From: Mycobacterium sp.
GTDB taxonomy: Bacteria > Actinomycetota > Actinomycetes > Mycobacteriales > Mycobacteriaceae
DNA: 64,000 nt
NCBI RefSeq assembly: GCF_045807025.1
Contig: NZ_JBJMID010000014.1
Strand: one strand, 5' to 3'
Shown here in pieces: positions 44,028 to 55,727 of this stretch. Numbering within the stretch: position 1 is the stretch's first letter; each line of letters opens with the position of its first letter. The translations under genes and the position numbers were made by a program. The notes beneath the pieces are model-generated. The model did not search any database, was not told where the DNA came from, and saw nothing but the letters and a program-made list of their open reading frames with translations.

Positions 44028-45227
44028 ATGGACGTGGCGACAACAACCGTTGGTCTCACCGATTTGAAGTTCCGGTTAGTACGCGAAGACTTCGCCGACG
44101 CCGTAGCCTGGGTTGCCAGGAATTTGCCAACCAGGCCGACCGTGCCGGTGCTCGCCGGCGTGTTGCTCACCGGGTCCGACGACGGGCTCACGATCTCCGG
44201 GTTCGATTACGAAGTCTCGGCCGAAGTGCGGGTCGCCGCCGAAATCGCTTCTCCTGGAAGCGTTTTGGTATCTGGCCGACTGTTGTCAGACATCACTCGG
44301 GCGCTGCCAGCCAAACCCGTCGACGTGAGCGCCGAAGGCACGCGCGTCTCATTGACCTGCGGCAGTGCACGGTTCTCACTGCCCACCATGGCCGTCGAGG
44401 ACTATCCGACGCTGCCCGCCCTGCCCGAGGACACGGGCGTCATCTCGTCGGAGCTGTTCGCCGAGGCCATCGGCCAGGTAGCGGTTGCCGCGGGCCGTGA
44501 CGACACACTTCCGATGCTGACCGGCATCCGTGTGGAGATTTCCGGCGACAAGGTGGTTTTGGCGGCCACCGACCGCTTCCGGCTCGCGGTGCGGGAGCTG
44601 ACGTGGTCGACGGAATCCGCGGATATCGAGGCTGCGGTGCTGGTACCCGCCAAGACGCTGGCCGAAGCCGCGAAGGCCGGGACCGACGGCACCGATGTGC
44701 ACTTGTCGCTGGGTGCCGGGTCGGCGGTTGGCAAGGAGGGCCTGCTCGGTATTCGTAGTGACGGCAAGCGCAGTACCACCCGCTTGCTCGATGCCGAGTT
44801 CCCGAAGTTCCGTCAGCTGTTGCCGGCGGAGCACACGGCGATCGCGACCATCGGTGTCGCCGAACTGACCGAGGCGATCAAGCGAGTGGCGCTCGTGGCT
44901 GACCGAGGCGCGCAGGTGCGGATGGAATTCGCCGACGACGTGCTGCGGCTGTCGGCCGGAGCCGACGACGTGGGCCGCGCCGAAGAGGATCTTCCCGTCG
45001 CCTTCTCGGGTGACCCCTTGACAATCGCGTTCAACCCGACGTACCTGACGGACGGTTTGGGTTCGCTGCACTCGGAGCGCGTGACGTTTGGTTTCACGAC
45101 ACCGAGCCGACCCGCGGTGTTGCGCCCGGCAGGCGAGGATGATGGGAGTGTCGGCGCGACGGGTTCGTTCCCGGCCGCTCAAACCGACTATGTCTACCTG
45201 TTGATGCCGGTGCGGCTTCCGGGCTGA
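44028..45227 (+). CDS. dnaN: DNA polymerase III beta clamp
   Basis: [38 protein letters not shown]. Confidence 0.98.
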   Translation: MDVATTTVGLTDLKFRLVREDFADAVAWVARNLPTRPTVPVLAGVLLTGSDDGLTISGFDYEVSAEVRVAAEIASPGSVLVSGRLLSDITRALPAKPVDVSAEGTRVSLTCGSARFSLPTMAVEDYPTLPALPEDTGVISSELFAEAIGQVAVAAGRDDTLPMLTGIRVEISGDKVVLAATDRFRLAVRELTWSTESADIEAAVLVPAKTLAEAAKAGTDGTDVHLSLGAGSAVGKEGLLGIRSDGKRSTTRLLDAEFPKFRQLLPAEHTAIATIGVAELTEAIKRVALVADRGAQVRMEFADDVLRLSAGADDVGRAEEDLPVAFSGDPLTIAFNPTYLTDGLGSLHSERVTFGFTTPSRPAVLRPAGEDDGSVGATGSFPAAQTDYVYLLMPVRLPG

Positions 45228-45256
45228 CCGGCCCTACCGCCACGAAAGAGGCGCAC

Positions 45257-46150
45257 ATGCAACTGGGTCTCGTCGGCCTCGGCAAAATGGGTTTCAACAT
45301 GCGGGAACGCCTGCGTGACGGCGCACACGAGGTGATCGGGTACGACCCGCGGCCCGAGGTCACCGATGTGCCGACGCTGGCGGCGCTCGCGGAAGCGCTC
45401 ACCGCGCCGCGGGTGGTGTGGGTGATGGTGCCCTCCGGCCCGGTGACCCACGAAACCATCGCCGCGCTGGCCGAGGAGCTGAGTCCCGGCGACATGGTCA
45501 TCGACGGCGGCAACTCGCGATACACCGAGGACGGCCCGCACGCAAAGCTATTGGACGACAAGGGAATCGCATTCATCGACGCAGGCGTGTCGGGCGGCGT
45601 CTGGGGGTTGAAGGAAGGCTATGGCCTGATGGTCGGCGGCAGCGATGCCGACATCGACCGGGCGATGCCGATCTTCGACACGCTGCGCCCGCCGGGCCCA
45701 CGCGAGGACGGGTTTGTGCACGCCGGCCCGGTTGGTGCGGGGCATTACGCCAAGATGGTGCACAACGGCATCGAGTACGGCCTGATGATGGCCTACGCCG
45801 AGGGGTACGAATTGCTGGCGGCTGAGGAACTCATCACCGACACGCAGGCGGTCATCCAGGCTTGGACCAACGGCACGGTGGTGCGGTCATGGTTGCAGCA
45901 GTTGCTCGCCAAGGCGTTGAAGGAAGACCCCAAATTCATCGAGATCAGCGGTTATACCGAGGATTCCGGTGAAGGGCGATGGACGGTCGAGGAGGCAATC
46001 AGCCACCGGGTGCCCATGCCGGTGATCGCGGCCTCGCTGTTCGCGCGGTTCGCTTCCCGTCAGGAAGACTCTCCTTCGATGAAGGCCGTGTCGGCTTTGC
46101 GCAACCAGTTCGGTGGCCACGCGGTCAAGCGAATCAGCGAGTCCGGGTGA
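45257..46150 (+). CDS. gnd: 6-phosphogluconate dehydrogenase, short (YqeC-like) form
   Basis: GLGKMG, IDGGNS, DAGVSGG, KMVHNGIEY, DSGEGRW, RNQFGGH. Confidence 0.94.
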   Translation: MQLGLVGLGKMGFNMRERLRDGAHEVIGYDPRPEVTDVPTLAALAEALTAPRVVWVMVPSGPVTHETIAALAEELSPGDMVIDGGNSRYTEDGPHAKLLDDKGIAFIDAGVSGGVWGLKEGYGLMVGGSDADIDRAMPIFDTLRPPGPREDGFVHAGPVGAGHYAKMVHNGIEYGLMMAYAEGYELLAAEELITDTQAVIQAWTNGTVVRSWLQQLLAKALKEDPKFIEISGYTEDSGEGRWTVEEAISHRVPMPVIAASLFARFASRQEDSPSMKAVSALRNQFGGHAVKRISESG

Positions 46151-46188
46151 CCGGCGGGGCAGGAGCGAAGCGACTCGGGAGGCTTTGA
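46147..46188 (+). other. MIRU-like linker mini-ORF ([13 protein letters not shown]) between gnd and recF
   Basis: The GTG overlaps the gnd TGA (GTGA); its TGA ends 1 nt before the recF GTG; core sequence GGAGCGAAGCGACTCGGGAGG. Confidence 0.45.
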
Positions 46189-46189
46189 G

Positions 46190-47350
46190 GTGTACGTCCG
46201 GCGTCTGGGGTTGCAAGACTTCCGGTCCTGGCCGCAGGCTGACCTGGACCTCGAGCCCGGACGGACGGTATTCGTTGCGCCAAATGGCTTCGGCAAAACG
46301 AATCTCCTTGAAGCCCTGTGGTATTCGTCGACCCTCGGTTCGCACCGGGTCGCATCGGATGCACCGTTGATCCGGGCGGGCGCGGAGCGGGCAGTGGTGT
46401 CCACGATTGTGGTGAGCGACGGGCGGGAGTTGGCCGTCGACCTGGAAATCACTGCCGGGCGCGCGAACAAGGCTCGACTGAACCGCTCCCCCGTGCGTTC
46501 GGCGCGCGAAGTGCTCGGCGTGTTGAGGGCGGTGCTGTTCGCGCCCGAGGACCTGGCGCTGGTGCGCGGCGACCCGGGCGAACGGCGCCGCTACCTCGAC
46601 GAACTGGCCACAACCCGGCGACCGCGGATTGGCGCGGTGCGGGCGGATTACGACAAAGTGCTGCGGCAGCGGGCCGCGCTCCTCAAGACCGCGGGCGCTG
46701 CCCGCCAGCGCGGTGACCGCAGCGTGCTGGACACGCTCGACGTGTGGGACGGACACCTCGCCGCGTACGGCGCCCAATTGATCGCGGCGCGCGTCGAACT
46801 GGTCAATCAGCTCGCGCCCGAGGTGGAAAAGGCCTACCAGCTGCTGGCACCGTCGTCACGACCCGCGTCGATCCAGTACCGCAGCGGTGTCGACGTGGTC
46901 GAGAACGAGGCCGCCGCGGGCAATGACAGCGCCGAGCTGTTCGAGGCGGCGCTGCTGGATGCACTGGCCCGGCGACGTGACGCGGAACTGGAGCGCGGCG
47001 TGTGTCTGGTGGGTCCGCACCGCGATGACCTCGAACTTCGGCTGGGCGATCAGATCACGAAAGGCTTTGCAAGCCATGGGGAATCGTGGTCGATGGCGTT
47101 GGCGCTACGGTTGGCCGCTTACGAGTTGCTGCGAGCCGAAGGCGGCGATCCGGTGCTGCTGCTGGACGATGTTTTCGCCGAACTCGACACCGCCCGGCGC
47201 CAAGCGCTGGCCAACGTGGCAGCCAACGCGGAACAGGTGCTGGTGACCGCCGCGGTGCACGACGATATTCCCTCCGACTGGGATGCCCGTCGGATCGACA
47301 TCACCATGCGTGATGAAGACACCGGTCGAGTTTCGACGGTGCAGTCATGA
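46190..47350 (+). CDS. recF: DNA replication/repair protein RecF
   Basis: [40 protein letters not shown]. Confidence 0.97.
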   Translation: MYVRRLGLQDFRSWPQADLDLEPGRTVFVAPNGFGKTNLLEALWYSSTLGSHRVASDAPLIRAGAERAVVSTIVVSDGRELAVDLEITAGRANKARLNRSPVRSAREVLGVLRAVLFAPEDLALVRGDPGERRRYLDELATTRRPRIGAVRADYDKVLRQRAALLKTAGAARQRGDRSVLDTLDVWDGHLAAYGAQLIAARVELVNQLAPEVEKAYQLLAPSSRPASIQYRSGVDVVENEAAAGNDSAELFEAALLDALARRRDAELERGVCLVGPHRDDLELRLGDQITKGFASHGESWSMALALRLAAYELLRAEGGDPVLLLDDVFAELDTARRQALANVAANAEQVLVTAAVHDDIPSDWDARRIDITMRDEDTGRVSTVQS

Positions 47351-47907
47351 CCCACGACGACGACACCCAAACCGGGCCGCCCGATCACCTGGCGAGACTG
47401 GCAGGCATGGACCTGGTGCGCCGCACACTCGAGGAAGCACGCGGGGCAGCGCGGATTCAAGGCAAGGACGTCGGACGCGGACGCAGCTCGCCGGGCCGTC
47501 GCCGGGTGGCAGGCACCAGCCGTCGCCGCTGGTCGGGTCCGGGACCGGATTCGCGGGACCCGCAGCCGCTCGGGTCGGCGACCAGCGACGTGGCGCGCAA
47601 TCGCGGCTGGTCGGGTCGGGTTGCCGAGGGATCGGTGTTCGGTCGGTGGCCAGGGGTCGTCGGCGAGCAGATCGCCGCGCACGCCTCGCCGACATCGCTG
47701 AACGAGGGGGTGCTGACCATCTCCGCCGAATCGACGGCGTGGGCGACTCAGCTGCGGATGGTGCAGTCGCAACTCTTAGCCAAGATCGCCGCCGCGGTCG
47801 GGGACGGGGTGGTCAGCTCACTGAAAATCGTCGGTCCGGTCGGCCCCTCGTGGCGCAAAGGGCGGTATCACATCGCCGGCCGAGGGCCCCGCGATACTTA
47901 CGGGTAG
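47347..47907 (+). CDS. dciA: DciA/DUF721 helicase-loader-associated protein (Rv0004-like)
   Basis: [39 protein letters not shown]. Confidence 0.9.
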   Translation: MTHDDDTQTGPPDHLARLAGMDLVRRTLEEARGAARIQGKDVGRGRSSPGRRRVAGTSRRRWSGPGPDSRDPQPLGSATSDVARNRGWSGRVAEGSVFGRWPGVVGEQIAAHASPTSLNEGVLTISAESTAWATQLRMVQSQLLAKIAAAVGDGVVSSLKIVGPVGPSWRKGRYHIAGRGPRDTYG

Positions 47908-48059
47908 CGACTCACAGGCCGATACCCTGAGAGCCGCCAGAAGGCCGAGATCCTAGTTCTCAAGCGTCGTGACGCACCTTAGATCGAAAAATTCCACAGG
48001 CGGCGCGAATAGGTGCGTAGAAACGCCGCCTCAGAATCGGTCCTGTCGCGATCTGACGG

Positions 48060-50159
<2,100 letters not shown>

Positions 50160-50183
50160 CGGCGAAGTTTAGGACTCTATTCA

Positions 50184-53100
50184 ATGACCGATACCACGTT
50201 GCCGCCCGGCGACGAAGCAGGAGACCGCATCGAGCCGGTCGACATCCAGCAGGAGATGCAGCGCAGCTACATCGACTATGCGATGAGCGTCATCGTCGGC
50301 CGAGCGCTGCCGGAGGTCCGCGACGGCCTCAAGCCGGTGCACCGCCGCGTGCTCTACGCGATGTACGACTCGGGCTTCCGGCCGGACCGCAGTCATGCGA
50401 AATCGGCGCGCTCCGTTGCCGAAACGATGGGCAACTACCATCCGCACGGCGACGCATCGATCTACGACACCCTCGTTCGCATGGCGCAGCCGTGGTCGCT
50501 GCGGTATCCCCTCGTCGACGGGCAGGGCAACTTCGGCTCGCCGGGCAACGATCCTCCGGCCGCCATGAGGTACTGCGTCACCGGCGATGCGTTGGTGCGG
50601 TTGCCGTTTGGGCAGTCCGTGCGTATTGCAGACTTCGTTCCCGGTGCGCGGCCGAACTCCGACAACGTCGTCGACGCCAAGGTGTTGGACCGACACGGCA
50701 ACCCCGTCGTGGCCGATCGCCTGTTCCACTCCGGTGAGCATCGGACCTACACGGTAACGACCGCAGAAGGATATTCGGTCACCGGTACCGCCAACCACCC
50801 GCTTCTGTGCTTGGTGGACGTGGCCGGCGTGCCGACTCTGTTGTGGAAGCTCATCGAAGAAGTACGGCCGAACGACCGTGTGGCGATCCAACGGACTCTG
50901 CCTGCTGAGTTCGGTCCAGGTGACTGGCACGACACGTTGGAGGCGCTCCTTTTGGGTGCTTTCATCAGCGAGGGATTCGTTTCGGAGCGGCGCGCCGGCT
51001 TCAACAACCTCGATCGCGACTACTTCAACATGGTCGTTGCCGCGTATGACGCGGTAGTCGGTGGTCCGCGCTATGTCTCGGAGCGGACGATCGCTTCGGG
51101 ATCGAACCTTCTCGAACTCGACATCCACAATTTAAGTGCGCTGCGCACGAGTCGCCTAGCCGACCTTATTGGCCAACGGTCCGCGGACAAGGTCGTGCCG
51201 CAATGGCTCTGGCAGTCCCCGGCCGCGGTGAAGCGCGCATTCCTCGGCGCACTGTTCGAGGGTGACGGGTCATGTTCTGCGCTGCCGCGCAACATGATTC
51301 AAATCTCCTATTCAACACGTAGCGGGCGTCTGGCCAAGGATGTCCAGCAAATGCTGCTGGAGTTCGGCGTGATTTCGCGCCGGTACCTGCACGCGACGGG
51401 TGAACACAAAGTGGTCATCACCAACCGTGCCCATGCAGAGTTGTTCGCGAAGCAGGTCGGCTTCGGCGGCACCAAGCAAGCGAAGTTGCAAGGTCTGGTC
51501 GAGGCGTTGCCCGCCAAGGCTGCAGGCTTGGACACCGACCATGTTCCTGGTCTCGCCGCCTTCGTTCGTGCGCATGGCGGAGGACGCTGGGTCGACAAGG
51601 AATGGCTGCGTAAGCACAACATTGACAGGCTGTCGCGGTGGCAGCGCGACGGTGGCGAGATACTCAGCCATATCGGCGACGCGGACGTCCGCTCGATCGC
51701 CGCGGACCTCACCGATGGCCGGTTCTACTACGCACGCGTCGCATCGGTGACTGACGCCGGCGTGCAGCCGGTGTACAGCCTGCGCGTCGACACAGACGAC
51801 CACGCATTCATCACCAACGGCTTCGTCAGCCACAACACAGAGGCGCGGCTGACTCCGCTCGCAATGGAGATGCTGCGTGAAATCGACGAGGAGACAGTCG
51901 ATTTCATTCCGAACTACGACGGACGCGTGCAGGAGCCGACCGTCCTGCCGAGCCGGTTCCCGAACCTGCTCGCCAACGGGTCTGGCGGCATCGCGGTCGG
52001 CATGGCGACGAACATGCCACCGCACAACCTGCGCGAGCTCGGCGAAGCGGTGTACTGGTGCCTGGAGAACCACGACGCCGACGAAGAAGCCACGCTGTCC
52101 GCGGTGACCGAGCGGGTCAAGGGCCCCGACTTCCCCACCTACGGTTTGATCGTTGGCTCCCAAGGTATTTCCGACACTTACAACACTGGACGCGGATCGA
52201 TCAAGATGCGCGGTGTGGTGGAGATCGAGGAGGACTCGCGGGGGCGCACCTCAATCGTCATCACCGAGTTGCCGTATCAGGTCAACCACGACAACTTCAT
52301 CACCTCGGTCGCCGAACAGGTTCGCGACGCCAAGCTCAGCGGCATCGCCAACATCGAAGATCAGAGCAGCGACCGAGTGGGCCTGCGCATCGTCGTCGAG
52401 CTCAAGCGCGACGCCGTGGCCAAGGTGGTGCTCAACAACCTCTACAAGCACACACAGTTGCAGACCAGCTTCGGCGCCAACATGCTGTCGATCGTCGATG
52501 GCGTCCCTCGCACGCTGCGGCTCGATCAGCTGCTCCGCCACTACGTGAACCACCAGCTGGACGTCATCGTTCGGCGCACCACCTACCGGCTGAGGAAGGC
52601 CAACGAGCGCGCCCACATCTTGCGTGGCCTGGTCAAGGCGCTCGACGCGCTCGACGAAGTGATCGCGCTGATCCGGGCGTCGGAGACGGTCGATGTCGCC
52701 AAACAAGGCCTGATCGAGCTGCTCGATATTGACGAGATTCAGGCGCAGGCGATCCTCGACATGCAGCTGCGCCGCCTGGCCGCCCTGGAACGGCAGCGCA
52801 TCGTCGACGACCTGGCCAAGATCGAGGCCGAAATCGCTGACCTCGAGGACATCCTGGCCAAGCCGGAGCGGCAGCGCGCCATCGTGCGCGACGAGCTCAA
52901 GGAGATCGTCGACAAATACGGCGACGACCGCCGCACGCGAATCGTGCCCGCGGACGGCGAGGTATCCGACGAGGACCTGATCGTGCGCGAGGACGTCGTC
53001 GTCACGATCACCGAGACCGGGTACGCCAAGCGCACCAAGACCGACCTGTACCGCAGCCAGAAGCGCGGCGGCAAGGGGGTCCAGGGTGCCGGCCTCAAGC

Positions 53101-53948
53101 AGGACGACATCGTCAACCACTTCTTCGTCTGTTCGACGCACGACTGGATCCTGTTCTTCACCACACAGGGCCGGGTCTACCGTGCCAAGGCATACGACCT
53201 GCCCGAGGCGTCGCGGACCGCGCGTGGTCAGCACGTCGCGAACCTGCTGGCCTTCCAGCCGGAGGAGCGCATCGCACAGGTCATCCAGATCAAGAGCTAC
53301 GAGGACGCCCCGTACCTCGTGCTGGCGACCAAGAACGGTCTGGTGAAGAAGTCCAAGCTGACCGACTTCGACTCCAACCGCTCGGGCGGCATTGTCGCAG
53401 TGAACCTGCGCGACGGCGATGAACTCGTCGGCGCGGTGCTGGCTTCGGCCGAGGAGGACCTGCTTCTGGTGTCGGCCAAGGGCCAATCGATTCGCTTCTC
53501 GGCAACCGACGAGGCGCTGCGGCCGATGGGTCGCGCCACCTCGGGTGTGCAAGGCATGCGATTCAACACCGACGACAAACTGCTGTCGCTGAACGTGGTC
53601 CGGGAGAACACGTATTTGCTGGTCGCAACGGCCGGCGGGTACGCCAAGCGCACCGCGATCGAGGAGTACCCGATCCAGGGCCGCGGTGGCAAAGGGGTGC
53701 TGACGGTCCAGTTCGACAAGCGTCGTGGCAGTCTGGTTGGAGCGTTGATCGTCGATGACGACACCGAGTTGTATGCCATCACCTCAGGTGGCGGCGTCAT
53801 CCGGACCGCTGCGCGTCAGGTTCGCAAGGCCGGGCGGCAGACCAAGGGCGTTCGGTTGATGAACCTGGGCGAGGGCACCACACTGATAGCCATCGCGCGC
53901 AACGCCGAGGAAAACGAGGCGGACGCCGCGGAGGCCGACGCAACCTGA
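50184..53948 (+). CDS. gyrA: DNA gyrase subunit A, intein-containing precursor
   Basis: SYIDYAMSVI, YHPHGDASIYD (QRDR), AAMRY|intein|TEARL, C-terminal beta-pinwheel with GyrA-box QKRGGKG. Confidence 0.98.
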   Translation: MTDTTLPPGDEAGDRIEPVDIQQEMQRSYIDYAMSVIVGRALPEVRDGLKPVHRRVLYAMYDSGFRPDRSHAKSARSVAETMGNYHPHGDASIYDTLVRMAQPWSLRYPLVDGQGNFGSPGNDPPAAMRYCVTGDALVRLPFGQSVRIADFVPGARPNSDNVVDAKVLDRHGNPVVADRLFHSGEHRTYTVTTAEGYSVTGTANHPLLCLVDVAGVPTLLWKLIEEVRPNDRVAIQRTLPAEFGPGDWHDTLEALLLGAFISEGFVSERRAGFNNLDRDYFNMVVAAYDAVVGGPRYVSERTIASGSNLLELDIHNLSALRTSRLADLIGQRSADKVVPQWLWQSPAAVKRAFLGALFEGDGSCSALPRNMIQISYSTRSGRLAKDVQQMLLEFGVISRRYLHATGEHKVVITNRAHAELFAKQVGFGGTKQAKLQGLVEALPAKAAGLDTDHVPGLAAFVRAHGGGRWVDKEWLRKHNIDRLSRWQRDGGEILSHIGDADVRSIAADLTDGRFYYARVASVTDAGVQPVYSLRVDTDDHAFITNGFVSHNTEARLTPLAMEMLREIDEETVDFIPNYDGRVQEPTVLPSRFPNLLANGSGGIAVGMATNMPPHNLRELGEAVYWCLENHDADEEATLSAVTERVKGPDFPTYGLIVGSQGISDTYNTGRGSIKMRGVVEIEEDSRGRTSIVITELPYQVNHDNFITSVAEQVRDAKLSGIANIEDQSSDRVGLRIVVELKRDAVAKVVLNNLYKHTQLQTSFGANMLSIVDGVPRTLRLDQLLRHYVNHQLDVIVRRTTYRLRKANERAHILRGLVKALDALDEVIALIRASETVDVAKQGLIELLDIDEIQAQAILDMQLRRLAALERQRIVDDLAKIEAEIADLEDILAKPERQRAIVRDELKEIVDKYGDDRRTRIVPADGEVSDEDLIVREDVVVTITETGYAKRTKTDLYRSQKRGGKGVQGAGLKQDDIVNHFFVCSTHDWILFFTTQGRVYRAKAYDLPEASRTARGQHVANLLAFQPEERIAQVIQIKSYEDAPYLVLATKNGLVKKSKLTDFDSNRSGGIVAVNLRDGDELVGAVLASAEEDLLLVSAKGQSIRFSATDEALRPMGRATSGVQGMRFNTDDKLLSLNVVRENTYLLVATAGGYAKRTAIEEYPIQGRGGKGVLTVQFDKRRGSLVGALIVDDDTELYAITSGGGVIRTAARQVRKAGRQTKGVRLMNLGEGTTLIAIARNAEENEADAAEADAT
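50574..51836 (+). mobile_element. GyrA intein (421 aa) with LAGLIDADG homing endonuclease
   Basis: Starts with Cys (CVTGDALV) after Tyr130; block B VTGTANHP; LAGLIDADG-like LLLGAFISEG and FLGALFEGDG; ends VSHN followed by Thr+1. Confidence 0.97.
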
Positions 53949-53967
53949 CGACGCTAAGGAGCCGTAG

Positions 53968-54810
53968 GTGAGTTCACCGAACGAGCCGGGGTACCCGCGC
54001 GCGGGTGACGCCCCCGGTGGCGCCAACGGCTCCCCGGCCGGATCGTCCCAGCACGATGGTGGTTCACTCGGAAACGCGGCATCGCGCGGCGGCGGCGACA
54101 ACCCGCCATGGCAGCGTGGCCCGGCCGCACGCGCCGCCCGGCCGCAGCAGCGCCAATCGCCGGATTCAGCAGGTCCCGGCGGCTCGCCCAATCTGGATGC
54201 GCGGCTGAACCGCTTCATCGCGGGCGGATCGGCTCCGTCGCCGACGCACGAGCAGGACGGGCCTCCGCGCGGCGAGCGCACCGAGACGGTACGGCCCGAG
54301 GCCTACGCCAGCGAGCTACCCGACCTGTCGGGTCCGATGCCCCGCACACCGCAGCAGCGCAAGCCGGCCCCCGAACGGCCGTCGTCTGAACCGGTGAGCC
54401 GGACGACGGCCACCAGCCGCATCCAGGTCGGCACTCGCCACAAGGGCCCGGTGCGGGCCAGCATGCAGATCCGCCGGGTCGATCCGTGGAGCGCGCTGAA
54501 GGTGTCGCTCGTGTTGTCGGTGGCCCTGTTCTTCGTGTGGATGATCGCCGTTGCGTTTTTGTATCTGGTACTCGGCGGCATGGGTGTGTGGAGCAAGCTG
54601 AACAGCAATGTCGGGGATCTGCTCACAAGCGCAGGCGGCCAAACCGGCGGCGAGCTGGTGTCCAGCGGAACGATCTTCGGCGGAGCGGCGTTGATCGGGC
54701 TGGTGAACATCGTGCTGCTGACGGCGATGGCCACCTGTGCGGCCTTCATCTACAACCTCACCACCGACCTGGTCGGCGGGGTCGAAGTCACACTGGCCGA
54801 TCGCGACTGA
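53968..54810 (+). CDS. DUF3566 membrane protein (Rv0007-like)
   Basis: Disordered Pro/Gly-rich N-terminus, then [18 protein letters not shown] and two TM helices. Confidence 0.9.
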   Translation: MSSPNEPGYPRAGDAPGGANGSPAGSSQHDGGSLGNAASRGGGDNPPWQRGPAARAARPQQRQSPDSAGPGGSPNLDARLNRFIAGGSAPSPTHEQDGPPRGERTETVRPEAYASELPDLSGPMPRTPQQRKPAPERPSSEPVSRTTATSRIQVGTRHKGPVRASMQIRRVDPWSALKVSLVLSVALFFVWMIAVAFLYLVLGGMGVWSKLNSNVGDLLTSAGGQTGGELVSSGTIFGGAALIGLVNIVLLTAMATCAAFIYNLTTDLVGGVEVTLADRD

Positions 54811-54867
54811 GTTTGGGTCGCGGCTGGTGATTGCGGTAATCTCGTCGCTCGGCCATGCGGCATATTC

Positions 54868-54941
54868 GGGGCTATAGCTCAGGCGGTTAGAGCGCTTCGC
54901 TGATAACGAAGAGGTCGGAGGTTCGAGTCCTCCTAGCCCCA
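54868..54941 (+). tRNA. ileT: tRNA-Ile(GAT)
   Basis: Acceptor stem GGGGCTA/TAGCCCC, anticodon arm CTTCG-CTGATAA-CGAAG, T-loop GTTCGAG; CCA not encoded. Confidence 0.97.
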
Positions 54942-54957
54942 CGGAAGGGTTCGCGCG

Positions 54958-55062
54958 ATGAGGCTGGTGTTTCTGCTCGCCGCCGTAGTGGTGGCCGTGA
55001 TCGTGTGGCGATCCAGGCACGGCGTCGAGGTGTGGCACGCAGCGGCCGATACGCCGTCCTGA
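54958..55062 (+). CDS. 34-aa single-TM microprotein between tRNA-Ile and tRNA-Ala (DLW-39-like)
   Basis: My translation: MRLVFLLAAVVVAVIVWRSRHGVEVWHAAADTPS; RBS-like GGAAGGG upstream. Confidence 0.75.
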   Translation: MRLVFLLAAVVVAVIVWRSRHGVEVWHAAADTPS

Positions 55063-55069
55063 CCAATCA

Positions 55070-55142
55070 GGGGCCTTAGCTCAGTTGGTAGAGCGCTGCC
55101 TTTGCAAGGCAGAAGTCAGGGGTTCGAATCCCCTAGGCTCCA
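55070..55142 (+). tRNA. alaT: tRNA-Ala(TGC)
   Basis: Acceptor stem GGGGCCT/AGGCTCC (G3:U70), anticodon arm CTGCC-TTTGCAA-GGCAG, T-loop GTTCGAA; CCA not encoded. Confidence 0.97.
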
Positions 55143-55179
55143 CAAGCAGCCGCTGTCCCGCCGATGACGAAACCGCCGC

Positions 55180-55455
55180 TCAGCGTCGAGGCTCAGTCTG
55201 GGAAGTCCACACCCGACCATCGAAGTAGCGCATCGAGTTCGGATCGTTTTGGTCCGGATACCACCCCGGCGTCAACCCGCTTGTCGCCGGTTGTTGGTGC
55301 ACGACGGGCGGCTGTTGCACGACGGGCTGCTCCGTATATGCCCGCGGTTCTCTCGGTGCCAACGCCATTCGCACAGCCCACACCACCACCGCAACGATGA
55401 CAATGACTATCAGCAACCAAATCAGCGATTGAAGCGAGCCGAAGATATCGGTCAT
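55180..55455 (-). CDS. Small membrane protein with C-terminal DUF2510-like domain
   Basis: N-terminal TM LIWLLIVIVIVAVVVWAV; C-terminal PGWYPDQNDPNSMRYFDGRVWT; RBS GAAAGGGG. Confidence 0.85.
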   Translation of the reverse strand: MTDIFGSLQSLIWLLIVIVIVAVVVWAVRMALAPREPRAYTEQPVVQQPPVVHQQPATSGLTPGWYPDQNDPNSMRYFDGRVWTSQTEPRR

Positions 55456-55601
55456 CGCGCCACCCCTTTCACATGCGATCGAAGGGCCGCGGCCGGCCTA
55501 AGCGTCGGGCTGGTGTCTGTAACGAACGGCTGGCAGGCAAAGCACATGCTCACGCCGTGAACGGGATAACCACACGCCGGACATACGTCGAGGGTCCTCA
55601 C
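55452..55601 (-). CDS. 49-aa zinc-ribbon-like microprotein (CPxCG...CxxC)
   Basis: My translation: MRTLDVCPACGYPVHGVSMCFACQPFVTDTSPTLRPAAALRSHVKGVAR. GAGGAGG lies 7 nt before the GTG, and the TGA overlaps the ATG of the DUF2510-like gene. Confidence 0.7.
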   Translation of the reverse strand: MRTLDVCPACGYPVHGVSMCFACQPFVTDTSPTLRPAAALRSHVKGVAR

Positions 55602-55727
55602 GCCAGCACCTCCTCATTGGCCGCATGGCCAGTGCGGACCGGATACCCGCGCACACACGCCAGCAATCATTGGCGCCTTTCCGGCAAGGGTGCGGGCATC
55701 TCGAGGTACTGATGTGACCAGTGAGCT

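Noticed and set aside
45257-46150. gnd inside the dnaN-recF operon as a novelty
   Set aside because: This arrangement is common in rapid-growing mycobacteria and other actinomycetes; it is not new.
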